A stretch of 63,826 nucleotides of DNA, counting the filler, from Octopus bimaculoides (lineage: Eukaryota): NCBI RefSeq assembly GCF_001194135.2. It is 4 parts of 4 records of this genome, joined end to end, with 100 filler letters (N's around TTAATTAATTAA, not from the genome) between each part and the next. Parts side by side here need not be neighbours in the genome. Positions count along the whole stretch, not along the records: positions 10,924 to 32,655 come from NC_068993.1; positions 32,756 to 58,620 come from NC_068991.1; 2 more parts are not named here. One strand, written 5' to 3'. Below, piece after piece: positions 25,290 through 39,850 of this stretch. Each line of letters opens with the position of its first letter. Within the stretch, counting starts at the first letter, position 1. Under the pieces are notes generated by a model. That model was given only the letters and a program-made list of their open reading frames with translations, did not search any database and was not told where the DNA came from. The position numbers and the translations under genes were made by a program.

Positions 25290-25700
25290 TGGGTGGTAGA
25301 TTGCTCAGAGTAGCCACCCTCAGCATCCACCACAGGCCTGCAGATGGCCCCGGAGCCTGGTGCATACGTTCCTCGCTGTGTTCTTGGGAAGATCTTCGAA
25401 CACTTTGATTTTGGGCACCGACAGGCAGAGTGACTGGTGCCTTTCTCAACCATGCCCAACACATAGTAATTTGTAGGAGTAAAATTGGGGAAATTAGGAG
25501 ACCAGAAACTGGGGCTGGCGAAGTCGTAGAAATTCTTCGACAACCACTTCTGACTCTTTCCAGAGGAAAGAGCCGAATTCTGCTGCCACCCATATGGCAT
25601 TCCAGTAGCAGCAACCCATTGCAGTCACTATTTAACGATAGCAGCTTCACATATCCGACTGAATTGAGCCAAAAGCCCTGTTCAATGACGTGGAGATGAG
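25290..25700 (-). mobile_element. maT (DD37D)/Tc1-like transposase C-terminal fragment
   Basis: PYGWQQNSA...SQKWLSKNFYDFASPSFWSPNFPNFTPTNYYVLG matches WQQDSAP/WPPNSPDLNPxDY; ends VVDAEGGY. Confidence 0.8.
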
Positions 25701-26039
25701 CTGTGTTCCTTCTTGCTGGATTTAGCTTCGTTGTCTCCGTTTTAGCTGTCCATGTCATGTCTTATACTCTTTACAGTGTTCTCAGAACACTGAGTAACAG
25801 TCATGATGTCGGCATTTTGATATTCGCTGCAAATCATTATGATACCGGTAACTTTCTCCAGTATTCAGATGATGTCCAGTCCTCCATATCAACAAACATT
25901 TTCTCAACTGTATCTTGGGTAATATCAAGAAGTATGATGTACATTCAGTAATTACAGCGGTCTGCGAAATGGAACTTTTGAAAATCGTTTTGATAATTGT
26001 ATGCTATTTTATATATTTTTGTGGCGCCAATTCGAAATA

Positions 26040-27850
26040 AGTGCTGTTTCCCACTACCTAGAGTTTTCTCACGATTTAATGACAAAATATACCATAATTT
26101 GTCGGTAAATCCATATATGGAAGATAAAATAAAACAAATAAAAAAGAATTTGTTATTTTATTTAGCAGAATGAAATTGCACAAATGCAACTGAAAGGTGA
26201 GAAAATAGACTTTTACAAGGGTTCAGTTCATTTTTATGTTCAGCACCTCAAAATCTGTTCTTTCTCACTTGGAAACTACGTTTGAAACTCTTTTGCTTGT
26301 TAGCATTTGATGGACATTCACGATGCAACGTCACCATATTGTCATTCTATTTTCCTTGATATCTGTTTTTCTATCACTTTTATGCTTTGATGAAAGCCTT
26401 CCCTCCGCTCGTTCATTTTATATCCTAAGGCCTCGATCATTTCCAGTGTTCTTCCAATTATGTTTTGTAGTTTGGATCCTTGTGCTTACCTAAGAAGTTC
26501 TTCGTCACATCTTTAAAACTAATCTAGACATCTTTTCAGGATCACTAAGAAAGGTTTCATAATTATTATCCTTGATGAGTTTCCGTATATCTGGTCCTAC
26601 AAATACACTCTCTTCAACCTCGGAGTTTGGTAGAGCAGGAAAATCGCTACGCTAATACCTAAATCCCTCTCTATGCTGTGAAAAAGCTTTTACGAATTGT
26701 TTGATGAGGTTTTATTTGTAGATGAGACAAACTAATCCTTTTCAGATCACTCAAACTTTTTCGAAAGACATTCTTTGTTCTTGATGTAAGTGTATCCCTA
26801 CTTAGCCATTATTTTTTTACACTAAAGGAAGCTCCTGGCTCTACTGTCCCATTCAAACAAAAATACAGGGCAATTGTGTGTAGCCTGACTGTTGTCTAAG
26901 CAATGAGCAATAATATTTTCATGTTACCACAAACTATGCTTTTGTGCTCTTTGAATTTAATCTTGTATAAGAGTGACACCAACTTTTCAAATGTTTCCTG
27001 CATAATATCTGAGTGTCCAACAAAGATGGAAGCATATTTATTACCATTATGCAATAAAACAGCTTTAAGACTCTTCTTTGAAGAGTTGCTAAAGCGCTTC
27101 CATTCATCAGGGCTATAGCTTATGCAACACTTTTCTATTAGTCGTGATGGATATGTACACTAAACCAAATCATATTCTTGAGCCAAATAAAAAAGCAAAA
27201 GAAAAAAACAAAGACATATTCTTTTTCGCCATTGCGATACCAATAGAATGATGCACGTGGAGGTAAAAGTTTCTTGAATTTAAGTCTGCACCCTAAATGC
27301 TCTATTGACTCCTTTGTGAACCCAAAGTCCCTCACTAAACCATTTAATTCACACTGGTTGAATAGTCGAGTATTTTCACCCTCACTGCTGTTGAATTCTT
27401 CGTCGTTATCGATATTTCTAACTTCTAACTAAGTACTCAAGTGTATATCTTCATATTTTCCTGCTGGTGATTAGTCTGTGACGACTGGTCCACGGGAAAT
27501 AGGTTCTAATGCAAATGGGTAATTGTGATAAACAATGTTCACAACTCTTCTTACATGAGCAAAGTAGTTATCACAGTACGATTTTTGTTATCACAGTGAT
27601 TTTAGGCTCCCTTCATGTCATTGTAACCCCCAAACAAAAAGAATTCCTTGTAATTTTGCCCATTGTTTTAGTTCTTCAACACAATTTGAACAAACCTTAT
27701 GACGAGCTCGCTTCTTATCTTGGTTTCCTAATTTCACAGTACGATTTTTGATAAATCCAGTGATGTTCTTCTGGCGTTTCTTGGTCATAAACCCGCTACA
27801 AATGTAGCAAAAGATTGCTACACATCTTTACTTTAAATGGTGTGGAGGTC
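26040..27850 (-). mobile_element. Degenerate Chapaev3-like (CMC superfamily) DNA transposon
   Basis: Minus-strand frames give FCYICS...KLGNQDK...HKVC, SFYWYRN, VFVGPDIRKL, KNFLGKHKDPNY and EGFHQ in the order expected for this transposase. Family name is from recall, not a search. Confidence 0.72.
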
Positions 27851-28203
27851 TGTAAGAAAAGAGGAAAGGGACATTTTTAACAATATATATTTGATTTATC
27901 ATCTAAATGTATATATAACATCATTAAAGAAGCATTGAAATGTAATATATGATACATTTAAACAATGTATGTAACATATATAAATTTACAAAAGGCATTG
28001 AAATAAAAAAAAGAAGATATGTTTTAACCTAAGCAACGTGATCTCGTAAAGTGCGTCTTTCCTCACTGCTTGCCGATGACTGAAGCTATAGCGATTCAAG
28101 CACTTCTCTGAGTAGCTGAAATGGACCTAAACGTTGCCAGGTGCTTACTTTTCAAAATTTCCCTATTAGTTTTACTATTACAGTGTATTTAAAACAGGGC
28201 AAT

Positions 28204-28244
<41 letters not shown>

Positions 28245-28247
<3 letters not shown>

Positions 28248-28800
28248 AGTACCAGGCAGTGGCTCTCATGGCTTCTGACCTTGATTGGAAGTGTTATCAT
28301 GTACATTGTTTTGTCTTGGTATAAAAGATGGGCTACAGCAAATATTTTGTTCAGTACCACAGATTCGCTTGTCAGTTGTTTGACCTTAACCAGTTGAGCA
28401 TGTCCCTTGGTGGCTGACGATATGTGCACCTCTGATCATGAGTAGAAGTAGTGGGGTAGTATCATAGCCATGTGTTGAGAGGAATCCTTTGGGGTTTGAA
28501 TAATTCACCTTTGGAAACATGGGTGTTTTGCTCAACATCCTTAAACAAACCTTATTCAGGGACCTTTTGAGCGGGATGGGCCACTCGACCTGAAGAAAAT
28601 TCTAACTAGGCCCCACTTGCGAGTTCATGCACTGTTTATCTTGATATGAGATCACCATGTTGCACACATATGGTTGTGATGCATGTGCCTGGTGTACACT
28701 TATCAGACGGGTAGTCATGATGGGTATATTGGGCTTTGTATATTTTACCCCAGTGTCACTTTGTTGGCATGCACTGCTCTCTCACTCAATAATAATAAAA
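28245..28800 (+). mobile_element. Unclassified interspersed repeat ending in an (AAT)n tail, probably a LINE 3' end
   Basis: Non-coding ~550 bp between a (TAG)n tract and ...ctctctcactcaataataata; resembles an abundant octopus repeat (recall only). Confidence 0.45.
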
Positions 28801-29542
28801 AAAAAACAATATTCAGATTCAGGCATAATGGTAAACTGCATCGATCGAGTTTGTGAAGAAAATGTACATGATAAGATAACTTTTTGTAAATTTTGAAANN
28901 NNNNNNNNNNNNNNNNNNNNNNNNNNNNNNNNNNNNNNNNNNNNNNNNNNNNNNNNNNNNNNNNNNNNNNNNNNNNNNNNNNNNNNNNNNNNNNNNNNNN
29001 NNNNNNNNNNNNNNNNNNNNNNNNNNNNNNNNNNNNNNNNNNNNNNNNNNNNNNNNNNNNNNNNNNNNNNNNNNNNNNNNNNNNNNNNNNNNNNNNNNNN
29101 NNNNNNNNNNNNNNNNNNNNNNNNNNNNNNNNNNNNNNNNNNNNNNNNNNNNNNNNNNNNNNNNNNNNNNNNNNNNNNNNNNNNNNNNNNNNNNNNNNNN
29201 NNNNNNNNNNNNNNNNNNNNNNNNNNNNNNNNNNNNNNNNNNNNNNNNNNNNNNNNNNNNNNNNNNNNNNNNNNNNNNNNNNNNNNNNNNNNNNNNNNNN
29301 NNNNNNNNNNNNNNNNGTATCTCACTTATACGGTGTCTCTTCTACTCTCTATACGATATAAAACATGTCCAGAGAATTTAACCAGCCAACCAGCTAAAAT
29401 TTATATAAGATAGTCTTATATAGATATTACAATTTAAAGTAATATTTTACGAACAATTACGAGCTAATGGTAATTTGAAAGATCCTGTTTCATGTTTAAT
29501 TTGCGTTAAAATTCCCTCCCACTTATGCACACACTCGCACAT

Positions 29543-29582
<40 letters not shown>

Positions 29583-30948
29583 GCACACACGCACGCACAC
29601 ACGCACGCACACACGCACACACACATTTGCCTGCTGAGGTTCTGAACGAAGCACCATACTCTACATTGTCTCCTTGTACCTTAGGATCAGATCTGTTGGT
29701 TACAAATGAATGGCGGCAATTACACATTGATGAATACCCTTCATTGCAAAAGTTCTAGAAACTGAAAAATTCTTGTACTATTTGTTTTGGGTGACTACCG
29801 TAATACATATCATTTTCATAACATCAAATCTACAATAGCAATTCGCTTTCCTGTGGCAACACTTTGGTTTGCTCCGGTAATATCGATGGTAATTTACGTA
29901 CGTCATAAGCTTGACCATATTCTTCTTAATGGTTTCGTCCGTTTATATATTGAATAAAGCAGAATGAACAGTGGCGGAATTGGAACACAAAATGGTCCGA
30001 CACAAAAATAAACACAGCAATAAACAAAATATAGGTTGTTTGGCTGTCATCCACACACAGTCCTTATTAAGCTCTTGTTATTGGCTATTTCATAGACGTA
30101 AGACGAAATTAAAATTTGGTTTTAGCAACTCATGAGATTACAGAAGTTGATTAATTATATTATATAAAAGGTTACTGGTACTTTGTAGGTCTTTAACCAA
30201 TGCAATAATAAACGAAGATTATTTTCTATTTAAACTTCAACAGCAGTCATCCGATGTTAAAGCAATTATACAGGTGTTATAATTTTAGAGTAGAAAAGAA
30301 GTCGGTGATGATGATTTTATTGATGTTGAAGGAGACAAGAACGGAGAAGATGGCGGCGCTTGTAGCGATGACATTAGGAAGGGTTGAGAGTTGTAGTTTT
30401 GTTATTGTAATAATTATTGTTGTCTTCGTGATAGTGGTAGCGGAAGACGTACAAGCGACTGGACAAGATGACGGCGCTGGTTGTGGCAATAGTATCGTGA
30501 ATTGGCAGATATTGTTCTCGGAGTGTAGGTGTTAGTAAAAAAAAAAAACACTAGTAACTGAAGCAGTGCTACTGTTATTGCTTGTGTTGTTGTTGTTGTT
30601 GCTGGTACTGGTGATGGAGCTTGCACTACTACTGATGATGTTATTTCAGAGTGATACGAGTTGTTTATGTTGCTATAGAGCTGGTGTTAAAGAATATGAT
30701 TGCAGCATCAGTGGAGTGGGGTGCAAGATTAAGTGGACAATACAGAAATGGTGTTATTGTGACGGAGGAATTGTCGTAGAGGTGACGTAAACTCTGCAGA
30801 TACCGCAGTTGCTTGTAGGACTTGGGGTGGTTATTGTTATTTCGTTGTTTACCTGTCACTCTATGCACACACACCCATACACAAGTTTTTGTAGCCAGAA
30901 CTGATGTAAGCTAATACAGATGAATACGTAAATCTTGTGTTGTCAATC

Positions 30949-31026
<78 letters not shown>

Positions 31027-31834
31027 ACGAGGGATGAGTCGGTGAAAAGTTTATAGGCGCCACCATTCTTGCGCATACGTGAAAAGTTTTGCGCCGGTGG
31101 TCCTTTTCAGTTCCAGGCGGTTATACCTCGAGTACAGACATATAGTGTGAGCTCACCGGATTTTCGTTTTCACTGAACGCATCGATCAGAGATATTGCAT
31201 CAAGTTTTGTCAAACGCTTGGTGATTCTCAAGCTCAGACGAACTAGACGATTCAGCAGGCCTTTGGGAATGATGCCATGGGCAAAACTCAGATCAAGGAG
31301 TCGGACAACCGCTTCAGATATGGCCGCATCTCAGTGGCGAGTGAGGCACGCTCAGGCAGGCTATCCACAAGCGAAAAGGAGGAGCCTACTGACCAGGTTC
31401 GGTGAATAGTCATAGAAGACCGTCATGTAAGAATCAACGAAACTGCTTGCGAAGTGAGAATGAGCAGAAGATCAGTGCATTCCATTTTAACGAGGGAACA
31501 TGCACATGCGGAGAATGTCAGCGAAATTCTCCCCCAAGGTGCAGGCGGAGCGGCGGGAGCAACTTCGAATGGAAATTACCAAGGACATGCTGGAATGTGC
31601 AGACTATGACCCAGACACGAAGACCATCGTCACTGGTGATGCGTTATGCCCTCTGCTCGATGCATTAGTTCATCTTGCGTGAAAACGAAAATCTGACGAG
31701 CGCACACTACACGCCTGTCCTCTAGGTGTAATAGCCGAGAAATGATGCGGTCTACCGGTGCAAAAATTTACATGTGCAGGAAGGATGGATTTTGACGGGA
31801 AAAGATAAAGACGGATATTTTTTGAATGCACCTC
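31027..31834 (+). mobile_element. Internally deleted mariner with degenerate TIRs
   Basis: ERIDQRYCIKFCQ (HTH), RSGR, SAKF...EITKDMLECADYDPD..TIVTGD, then deleted. Left end acgaggg; right end tttttgaatgcacctc; the subterminal motif ttttgcgccggtgg matches ccggtgcaaaaattt in inverted orientation. Confidence 0.85.
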
Positions 31835-32004
31835 ACCCTCATGGAATGTGAGCAAATGAAGTTCAACATACCTCCCCCATTGCTGTCTATGCACTTCTAT
31901 CGGTGTTGCAGTGCTTGGATCCTATTGGTCATAAAAGTCATCAACAGAAGATATGATGTCATCATCACTGCGCTACTCGTTACCTTTCATTGTACATTCT
32001 GCCA

Positions 32005-32596
32005 CTTATCAAGCGGAAACTACACAGCTAACAACCTAAACCTGTCGACTCTCCCACCAGCCAGATTAAATTTGTAGGACTTTGATTACAACTAAACATG
32101 TTCACTCGACCGTTTCGGCCTTCTTTTCAGAAGCTAAATATACTGTCACGTGTCACTGACGTACGGATGTAGCGGGAAGCGTGCAAAGGGTTATAAACTT
32201 TATCATGTGTTCATTCACTACAAACACTTCACAGCAAAACATTCAAAGCATTGACTGTTTGAACATGTTCAGTCAACCATGTCAGCCTTAATTTTCGACG
32301 CCAAACATTGTCACTTGATACTAACACACAGACGTAGCGGGGAACCTACAAAAATTTCTAAGACCAGTCATGTGACTATCCTCTAGCAATCAAATCCTAT
32401 TCAAAACATACTTATTTGAGCCATGAACTCCCTCTAAAAATAGTGCAAGCTCCAAACACTAGTCAGAAGTAAGACAGCTGCAACATATTTGAACTTTTTG
32501 AACTTTTTGAAAATCAGTGTAAACTGTGAAACCGGTTAAAGCTTTAAATATATTTAAAAAAATATTTTAACTATTCTCAGTGCATTTTCAACTTCC
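32005..32596 (+). repeat. Unclassified dispersed repeat, copy 1
   Basis: About 80% identical by eye to 59921-60395, with ~150 extra bp at ~32425-32570. Confidence 0.85.
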
Positions 32597-32699
32597 ATTT
32601 TTCCTATATATATGTGAGTGTGTGTGAGTGTGTGTGAGTGTGTGTGTGTGTGTGTNNNNNNNNNNNNNNNNNNNNNNNNNNNNNNNNNNNNNNNNNNNN

Positions 32700-32711
32700 T
32701 TAATTAATTAA
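32700..32711. other. Artificial scaffold linker TTAATTAATTAA
   Basis: 44 N on each side, 100 bp total. Confidence 0.9.
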
Positions 32712-32755
32712 NNNNNNNNNNNNNNNNNNNNNNNNNNNNNNNNNNNNNNNNNNNN

Positions 32756-32799
<44 letters not shown>

Positions 32800-34134
32800 G
32801 ACATCTTGTATTAATCATTTCTAGCCTGTGAGGAGAGATTCAAAACAAAAAATGGCGTTTTAGTTGTGTGCATGAATAAAGCTAAACGACTTTTCAATTC
32901 ATTTCTAAAATATGATTTCAATCACAGTTGAGGGTAATCTTAGTGGGCTTAATATTGCAGATTTCACCCTGAATTAAATAATAAATCCATTTGTCAAAAC
33001 TGAAAGCGTAATAACATTCAAGAAAATTTTATGACCTCGCCTATATCCAATAAAATCTAACTCCATCTTGTAGAAAACATATATTGATAAACTGTTGATT
33101 AAAACTATTAATTCATTAGTGTTTCTGATTACATCAGATAACGTATAATGCACTTTCTATTCTAATGTTCCTAAGAGTAACAACAAGCCAAGAAATATCT
33201 TGTGGTTAAATCCGACTTTTACTTTAAATGGATGGAAACATTGCTTCGTAATTCATTGTCATTTCTCGATGAACCATAAATATCATGAGAACTTGAGCAG
33301 AATAGGTATTAAACGCTTGCTATTTAATGCTATAAACTTTTCAGTTCAACATCTTTTATAAAATCAATAATAACGTCTCATATTTTTTTTAAAATTGTAC
33401 TGCTCCCAGTAATTGTTATTCACCGGCAATTGCATTACGAAATAAGTCGTTAATTTTATTGAGCTAAGGTACATTCTGAATAAAATATTGGACAGAACTT
33501 ATACCCATTTGACAAGAGAATTCAGAGAAAAAATTTTCTGGGTACGTCCATTATTTCCAACATCCGCACATTTCATTAACAGCGAAATTGTCTAGGTTTA
33601 TTTGGTTGGAATTTACAACAAAAAAGTGATATCAATTTTAAAATCAGCTGATATATTCTACGTCACGCTATAACATAGAGTTTTGGAACATTTTGCTTAA
33701 ATATGTGATGTGTTCTGTACTTAACAGAAAAGATTCGTATCATATTGCGATAGTTTTACTCACAAATGAAAAGACTCGAAATGCACAAAACTGCTTGACA
33801 TCGACTCACAAGGATTAAATTCCAAGGAAACGTTTAGATCAATCACAGAGATACAATTTTCACCTTCTTTAAATGAATTTATATTTTCATGTTTTTGAAC
33901 AAATTCATATCTTCAATTAACACTTCTACAACTTCCACTTTAAAAGTTTCTTTTTTCTTTCTGATTGCTTCTCAGGTGTTTTTATACAAGCATTCTCAAA
34001 CACACATACTCTCACGCACACCTTTACATACACACAAGCACATATATATATAGATGTATATACATACTTATATATATATATATATACATATATATACTAT
34101 ATTTATATATATACACATATATATGTACATATGT

Positions 34135-34178
<44 letters not shown>

Positions 34179-36714
34179 GTATATATANNNNNNNNNNNNN
34201 NNNNNNNNNNNNNNNNNNNNTATATATATATATATTTATTTATATATTTATTTATATATATATATGTGTTCGTGTGTGTGTGTGTGTGAATGAGCGTGTG
34301 CGCGCGTGTGTTTATAAATGTTTATTAAATGTTTATAAATTCCATCCAAGGATTGCTGCTATTAAACACTCACAGATATGTAAAGAAGCAGAATGAGAGA
34401 GAAGGCTAGAAAGAGAGAAAACGACAAAGAGTGAATGAAAACCAGATACATAAATAAATAGTAAGACAGCTAATTTCCTTTCTCTTACTAAGTAGCAATT
34501 TCCAACAATTACAATATTTACTTGTTAAAAACGATCATATTATCAACAAATAAGTTACCGTAAGCACTCAACAAGCAACTATCTGTATCGCATGTTTATT
34601 AAATTCTAGTCTATTTTCCACAATCGTCCGTAGATCGGAAACGAGTAGAGATATACAATATATTCAGCTAACAATATATAATGTCATTGTATGTGTGTCT
34701 ATGCGTCTGAACAGACACATAAAAGCCTATGTATAATCTATATTTATATGTGGATTTATACATACATGTATTATTTGTATTTATAGTAAATAAATCTTAC
34801 AATCACATGTTATTGTTGTTTTGTATTTGCTTTATCCCTACTAGTGAATTTATTTATATTTCACTCCGTTTCTAATTTTAATTATAAATCTTCCCAGCAA
34901 GAAAGAAAATGTTAAAAAGTCATAGACCTTAAGTTATACGAGCACGTATCCAAACATGCATACAAACACTCATACACACACACACACACACACACACACA
35001 TANNNNNNNNNNNNNNNNNNNNNNNNNNNNNNNNNNNNNNNNNNNNNNNNNNNNNNNNNNNNNNNNNNNNNNNNNNNNNNNNNNNNNNNNNNNNNNNNNN
35101 NNNNNNNNNNNNNNNNNNNNNNNNNNNNNNNNNNNNNNNNNNNNNNNNNNNNNNNNNNNNNNNNNNNNNNNNNNNNNNNNNNNNNNNNNNNNNNNNNNNN
35201 NNNNNNNNNNNNNNNNNATATATATATATATATAAAGAAGGCAACGAGAACAAAAAGAAGATAACACGAGATGTAGAAATGTTGATAAATCTATTAGTTT
35301 AACGCTTTTAGATAGATAAAGATAAAATCATAATCAGATATACATGGGTGTGTGCGCGTGTTTGTATTCATGCGTGCTTATGTGTTAATTTATGTAGCTT
35401 TCATTTTCATTTTATTTTATCTTCTATCTTAATTTTTTTTCCCTCATGAACCTCAAAATAAGTCACGTGAAAGGGCACTTGCCGTCAGCTATTTCATCGT
35501 AGTTCAACTGTTTCTATATTTATATTTGCATTTTGAAGTTGCAACAAAACCACCTATCTCTCATTCACTCTCTATTTCTCTCTCTCATTCTATTCCCCCT
35601 TCTCTCCATCTCTCTTTCTCCTTTCAATGCTTTCTTTCTTTACTCTCTCTCTCTCTTTGTTATTGTCACACGACCACCAGAATTATATTGTCCGATATGC
35701 CAAAGTAATATTCATGCGAAAGACAACGCCACAGCTGCTGCGGCTGCTTTTACTACAGCTGTTGATGATGATGATGATGATAATGATGAAAACGGTGTCG
35801 ACGGTGATGATGACGATGATGAAAATGATGATGTTGGAGATGATGGTTTTAGTGGAGAAGTTGGTTGTGATGGTTCGATCCTGCTGAACTCCGTGGCCAT
35901 TACGTACTTCCTTTGTTTGTCGATTAATCAGAAACAACGTCATTAAATCTGCGCATCTTTGTCTCGTAATGGAAGAACACAATTTGTAGAAAATTTAGTT
36001 GCTATCTCTAGCATATGGCGGTGCCCCAGCATGGCCACAGCTCATAAGCTGGAACTAGATAAAATGAAAATGAAAAAATATATGAATTTCCTTACTGGCT
36101 TATCTTGCAATTATTTTTGTTGCTTTTGTTGTTTAAGTCCAGTTCCGCCCTTATCGATCAAGCTTCTGATCAAATTCATTCCGGACGTAACAATCCAATC
36201 AATCTATACGCATTGAACGAAGGACCAGGTTTACAGCCCTGTCCACTTTTCACGTGATAGTGTTTGATTTAAGGAAGAATGAGTTGCTTTGTCAAGCGGT
36301 TTTCTCGATATTGTAGAGGTTGTCTCATCACGGTGTTTGTGATCGTTGTAACGTTTGGTAAACACAGATATTCCTATATTGTTGATGGTAACAGTTAATT
36401 GTTAGTGATGGTTGGCTGGGAGCTTCCCGACGACTCCGGCAGTGACGAGCTACCCTCAATTTTACTGACTGTAATTTTCTCACTCCGTCCATGTAACCTC
36501 TACTTACATACGCTTGTTAATAACGATGATTGTCGTTTTTGATGTTAAGTACTGCAAGGGACATTGCAGTGTAGCATCCAACAGACGGAAGGGTTCCGCA
36601 GTGCCTTCAGAGTCCGGTATGGATAGCTGTATAGTAGTAACAGCAGCAGCAGCTGCAGCAGCGTCAGTAGAGCAGCATTAGCAGCAGCAGTATTATTATT
36701 ATTATTATTATTAT

Positions 36715-36746
<32 letters not shown>

Positions 36747-36889
36747 ATAGTGGTAGTAGCAGCAGCAGCAGCAGCAGCAGTAGTGGAGGTGATGTAAAAC
36801 CGATGCTGTTACTATTTCATTTCGTTGTCGTCGTCGTCATTATCATCATCATCATCATCATCAAAATTGATTTCAAATTTTGGTACATG

Positions 36890-37139
36890 GCCAGCAACTT
36901 TGGGGGAGGTGTTAAGTGTGTTGCATCGTCCCCACTGAAACGATGAAATGCAAAGTCGACCTCGGTCGGAATTTGAACTCAGAACGTAACAGCGGACGAA
37001 ATACCGCTAAGCATTTCGCCCAGCATGCTAAAGTTTCTTATTTCTTTATTGCCCACAAGGGGCTAAACATAGAGGGGACAAACAATGACAGACAAAGGGA
37101 TTAAGCCGATTACATCGATCCCCAGTGCGTAACTGGTAC
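36890..37139 (-). mobile_element. SINE family B
   Basis: gtcgacctcggtcggaatttgaactcagaacgtaac...cttagc/cccagcatgc; cut by a gap. Confidence 0.8.
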
Positions 37140-37786
37140 NNNNNNNNNNNNNNNNNNNNNNNNNNNNNNNNNNNNNNNNNNNNNNNNNNNNNNNNNNNNN
37201 NNNNNNNNNNNNNNNNNNNNNNNNNNNNNNNNNNNNNNNNNNNNNNNNNNNNNNNNNNNNNNNNNNNNNNNNNNNNNNNNNNNNNNNNNNNNNNNNNNNN
37301 NNNNNNNNNNNNNNNNNNNNNNNNNNNNNNNNNNNNNNNNNNNNNNNNNNNNNNNNNNNNNNNNNNNNNNNNNNNNNNNNNNNNNNNNNNNNNNNNNNNN
37401 NNNNNNNNNNNNNNNNNNNNNNNNNNNNNNNNNNNNNNNNNNNNNNNNNNNNNNNNNNCCACCAACATTGTCCCACTACAATCTAAAGCTCCACCACTCT
37501 CAACATAATTAATCGTATTCCTCTTCCTAATTCAGCACAGTCAGTTATTTGGTTATTATTTGACTTTAAGATTGTCAGATCAGCAAGGTGACGATCTCAG
37601 GAGTTGATCAATAGTCACTGCATACAGACAAATGTGACCAGAAATTATAACTCAGCAATTTCTACAACTACAGGACTTGATATAGACACATATAAGTGCA
37701 GAAAGGATCACACAACACACATATAGACATATAGACAACATAGAACAAATCAGAGTTAATCCAACTTACATATAGAAGCGTATCCA

Positions 37787-37854
<68 letters not shown>

Positions 37855-38076
37855 TATATATGTGTGTGTGTGTATATATATACATATATATATATATATG
37901 TATATATATATATGAGTATACGCTTGTAGATACATGTATATATGTGTTTGTGTGTGTGTGCATGGATAGACATGTATATTTATATGTATATTTAGGTATT
38001 GCGTATGTGTATAAAACGTGTGAATGTCCGTGTGTGTGTGTGTGTATGTGTGTGTGTGTGTGTGTGTGCGTGTGTT

Positions 38077-38133
<57 letters not shown>

Positions 38134-39629
38134 ATATAATATATGTGTCTGTTGATCTGGACAACTTCTGAGACAACTTCAAGTAGAAAAGTAGTTGNNN
38201 NNNNNNNNNNNNNNNNNNNNNNNNNNNNNNNNNNNNNNNNNNNNNNNNNNNNNNNNNNNNNNNNNNNNNNNNNNNNNNNNNNNNNNNNNNNNNNNNNNNN
38301 NNNNNNNNNNNNNNNNNNNNNNNNNNNNNNNNNNNNNNNNNNNNNNNNNNNNNNNNNNNNNNNNNNNNNNNNNNNNNNNNNNNNNNNNNNNNNNNNNNNN
38401 NNNNNNNNNNNNNNNNNNNNNNNNNNNNNNNNNNNNNNNNNNNNNNNNNNNNNNNNNNNNNNNNNNNNNNNNNNNNNNNNNNNNNNNNNNNNNNNNNNNN
38501 NNNNNNNNNNNNNNNNNNNNNNNNNNNNNNNNNNNNNNNNNNNNNNNNNNNNNNNNNNNNNNNNNNNNNNNNNNNNNNNNNNNNNNNNNNNNNNNNNNNN
38601 NNNNNNNNNNNNNNNNNNNNNNNNNNNNNNNNNNNNNNNNNNNNNNNNTATATATATATATATATCTGCATGAGTGTTCATGTTTGCGTACGTCTCTATA
38701 CATCGAATGATAAGCTGAGACTAATCATAAATAAATACTAAGCCTCCAAAACGAAAAAAAACAAACAAACAAAACAAACAAAAGTGAATGCTAACACACA
38801 TAAAACATCTCGCCTGCAGGCAACCGAACAAAACTTCAGGTGACCACCAATATTATCTACATATTTGTATGCAAACATAAAATCTGAAATCTTTATAACT
38901 AATATTTTTTTTACATTTTTTGGGTACAATTTGAGGTCAGCTTTCTATTCATTTATAACGCAGAGGCATTGCGACATATTGCATCGCACAACATGAAATG
39001 AAGCAGCCAGATGCATAAGAATTCGTTGACAACACATAAAATTTTTCAAAAACACCCAGAAACCAGAACGTACTAGATTGATCGGAGAAGCAATGTTTAT
39101 TGATGTTGCTGAAATTTAGCCTCGAGTCAGCTGTATTCGAACTGGTCTCTGATTAAATGTATTCCCTTTGAGACCACTCTACCTTTTATTTGATATCTCG
39201 GACTGCATCGCTAAAGTCATTCTTTCCTTTTTGTATGACACAGAGAGTGGTATGTGTACGTGTGGTTAAGAAGTTAACTTCACAACTGCGTAGTCTTCGG
39301 TTCATTCTCACGGCGCGGTTCTGTAACGTAGGAACCATTCTTGTTGCTGATTTGTTCCGAGTCACTGTTTTACTTTTTAAAACAACTTAGAGGAAATGGT
39401 GATCCAATCTATGAACATGGGTAAAATCTACATTCAAATGGAGAATTTTTTTCACGATTTTTCTAGGATTTAATTATAATTGTTGGAACTCCGTCGCTTA
39501 CGACGACGAGGGTTCCAGTTGATCCGATCAACGGAACAGCCAGCTCGTGAAATTAACGTGCAAGTGGCTGAGCACTCCACAGACACGTCTACCCTAAACG
39601 TAGTTCTCGTGGATATTCAGCGTGACAAG

Positions 39630-39850
39630 GCTGACCTTTTGAATTACAGACACAACAGAAACAGGAAGTAAGAGTGAGAGAAAGTTGTGGTGAAAGAGTA
39701 CAGCAGGGTTCGCCACCATCCCCTACCGGAGCCTCGTGCAGCTTTAGGTGTTTTCGCTCAATAAGTACTCACAACGCCCGGTCTGGGAATCGAAACCACG
39801 ATCCCACGACCGCGAGTCCGCTGCCCTAACCACTGGGCCATTGTGTCTCC
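39630..39850 (-). mobile_element. tRNA-derived SINE, family C
   Basis: Minus-strand head has A box tggcccagtgg and B box ggtttcgattcc, followed by a SINE body. Related copies at 46515-46600, 52625-52800, 56190-56510 and 63000-63135. Confidence 0.8.

Noticed and set aside
39775-39850. tRNA-like sequence with A and B boxes
   Set aside because: It continues into a SINE body, lacks a proper acceptor stem, and has several diverged relatives in the window; it is a SINE head, not a tRNA gene.
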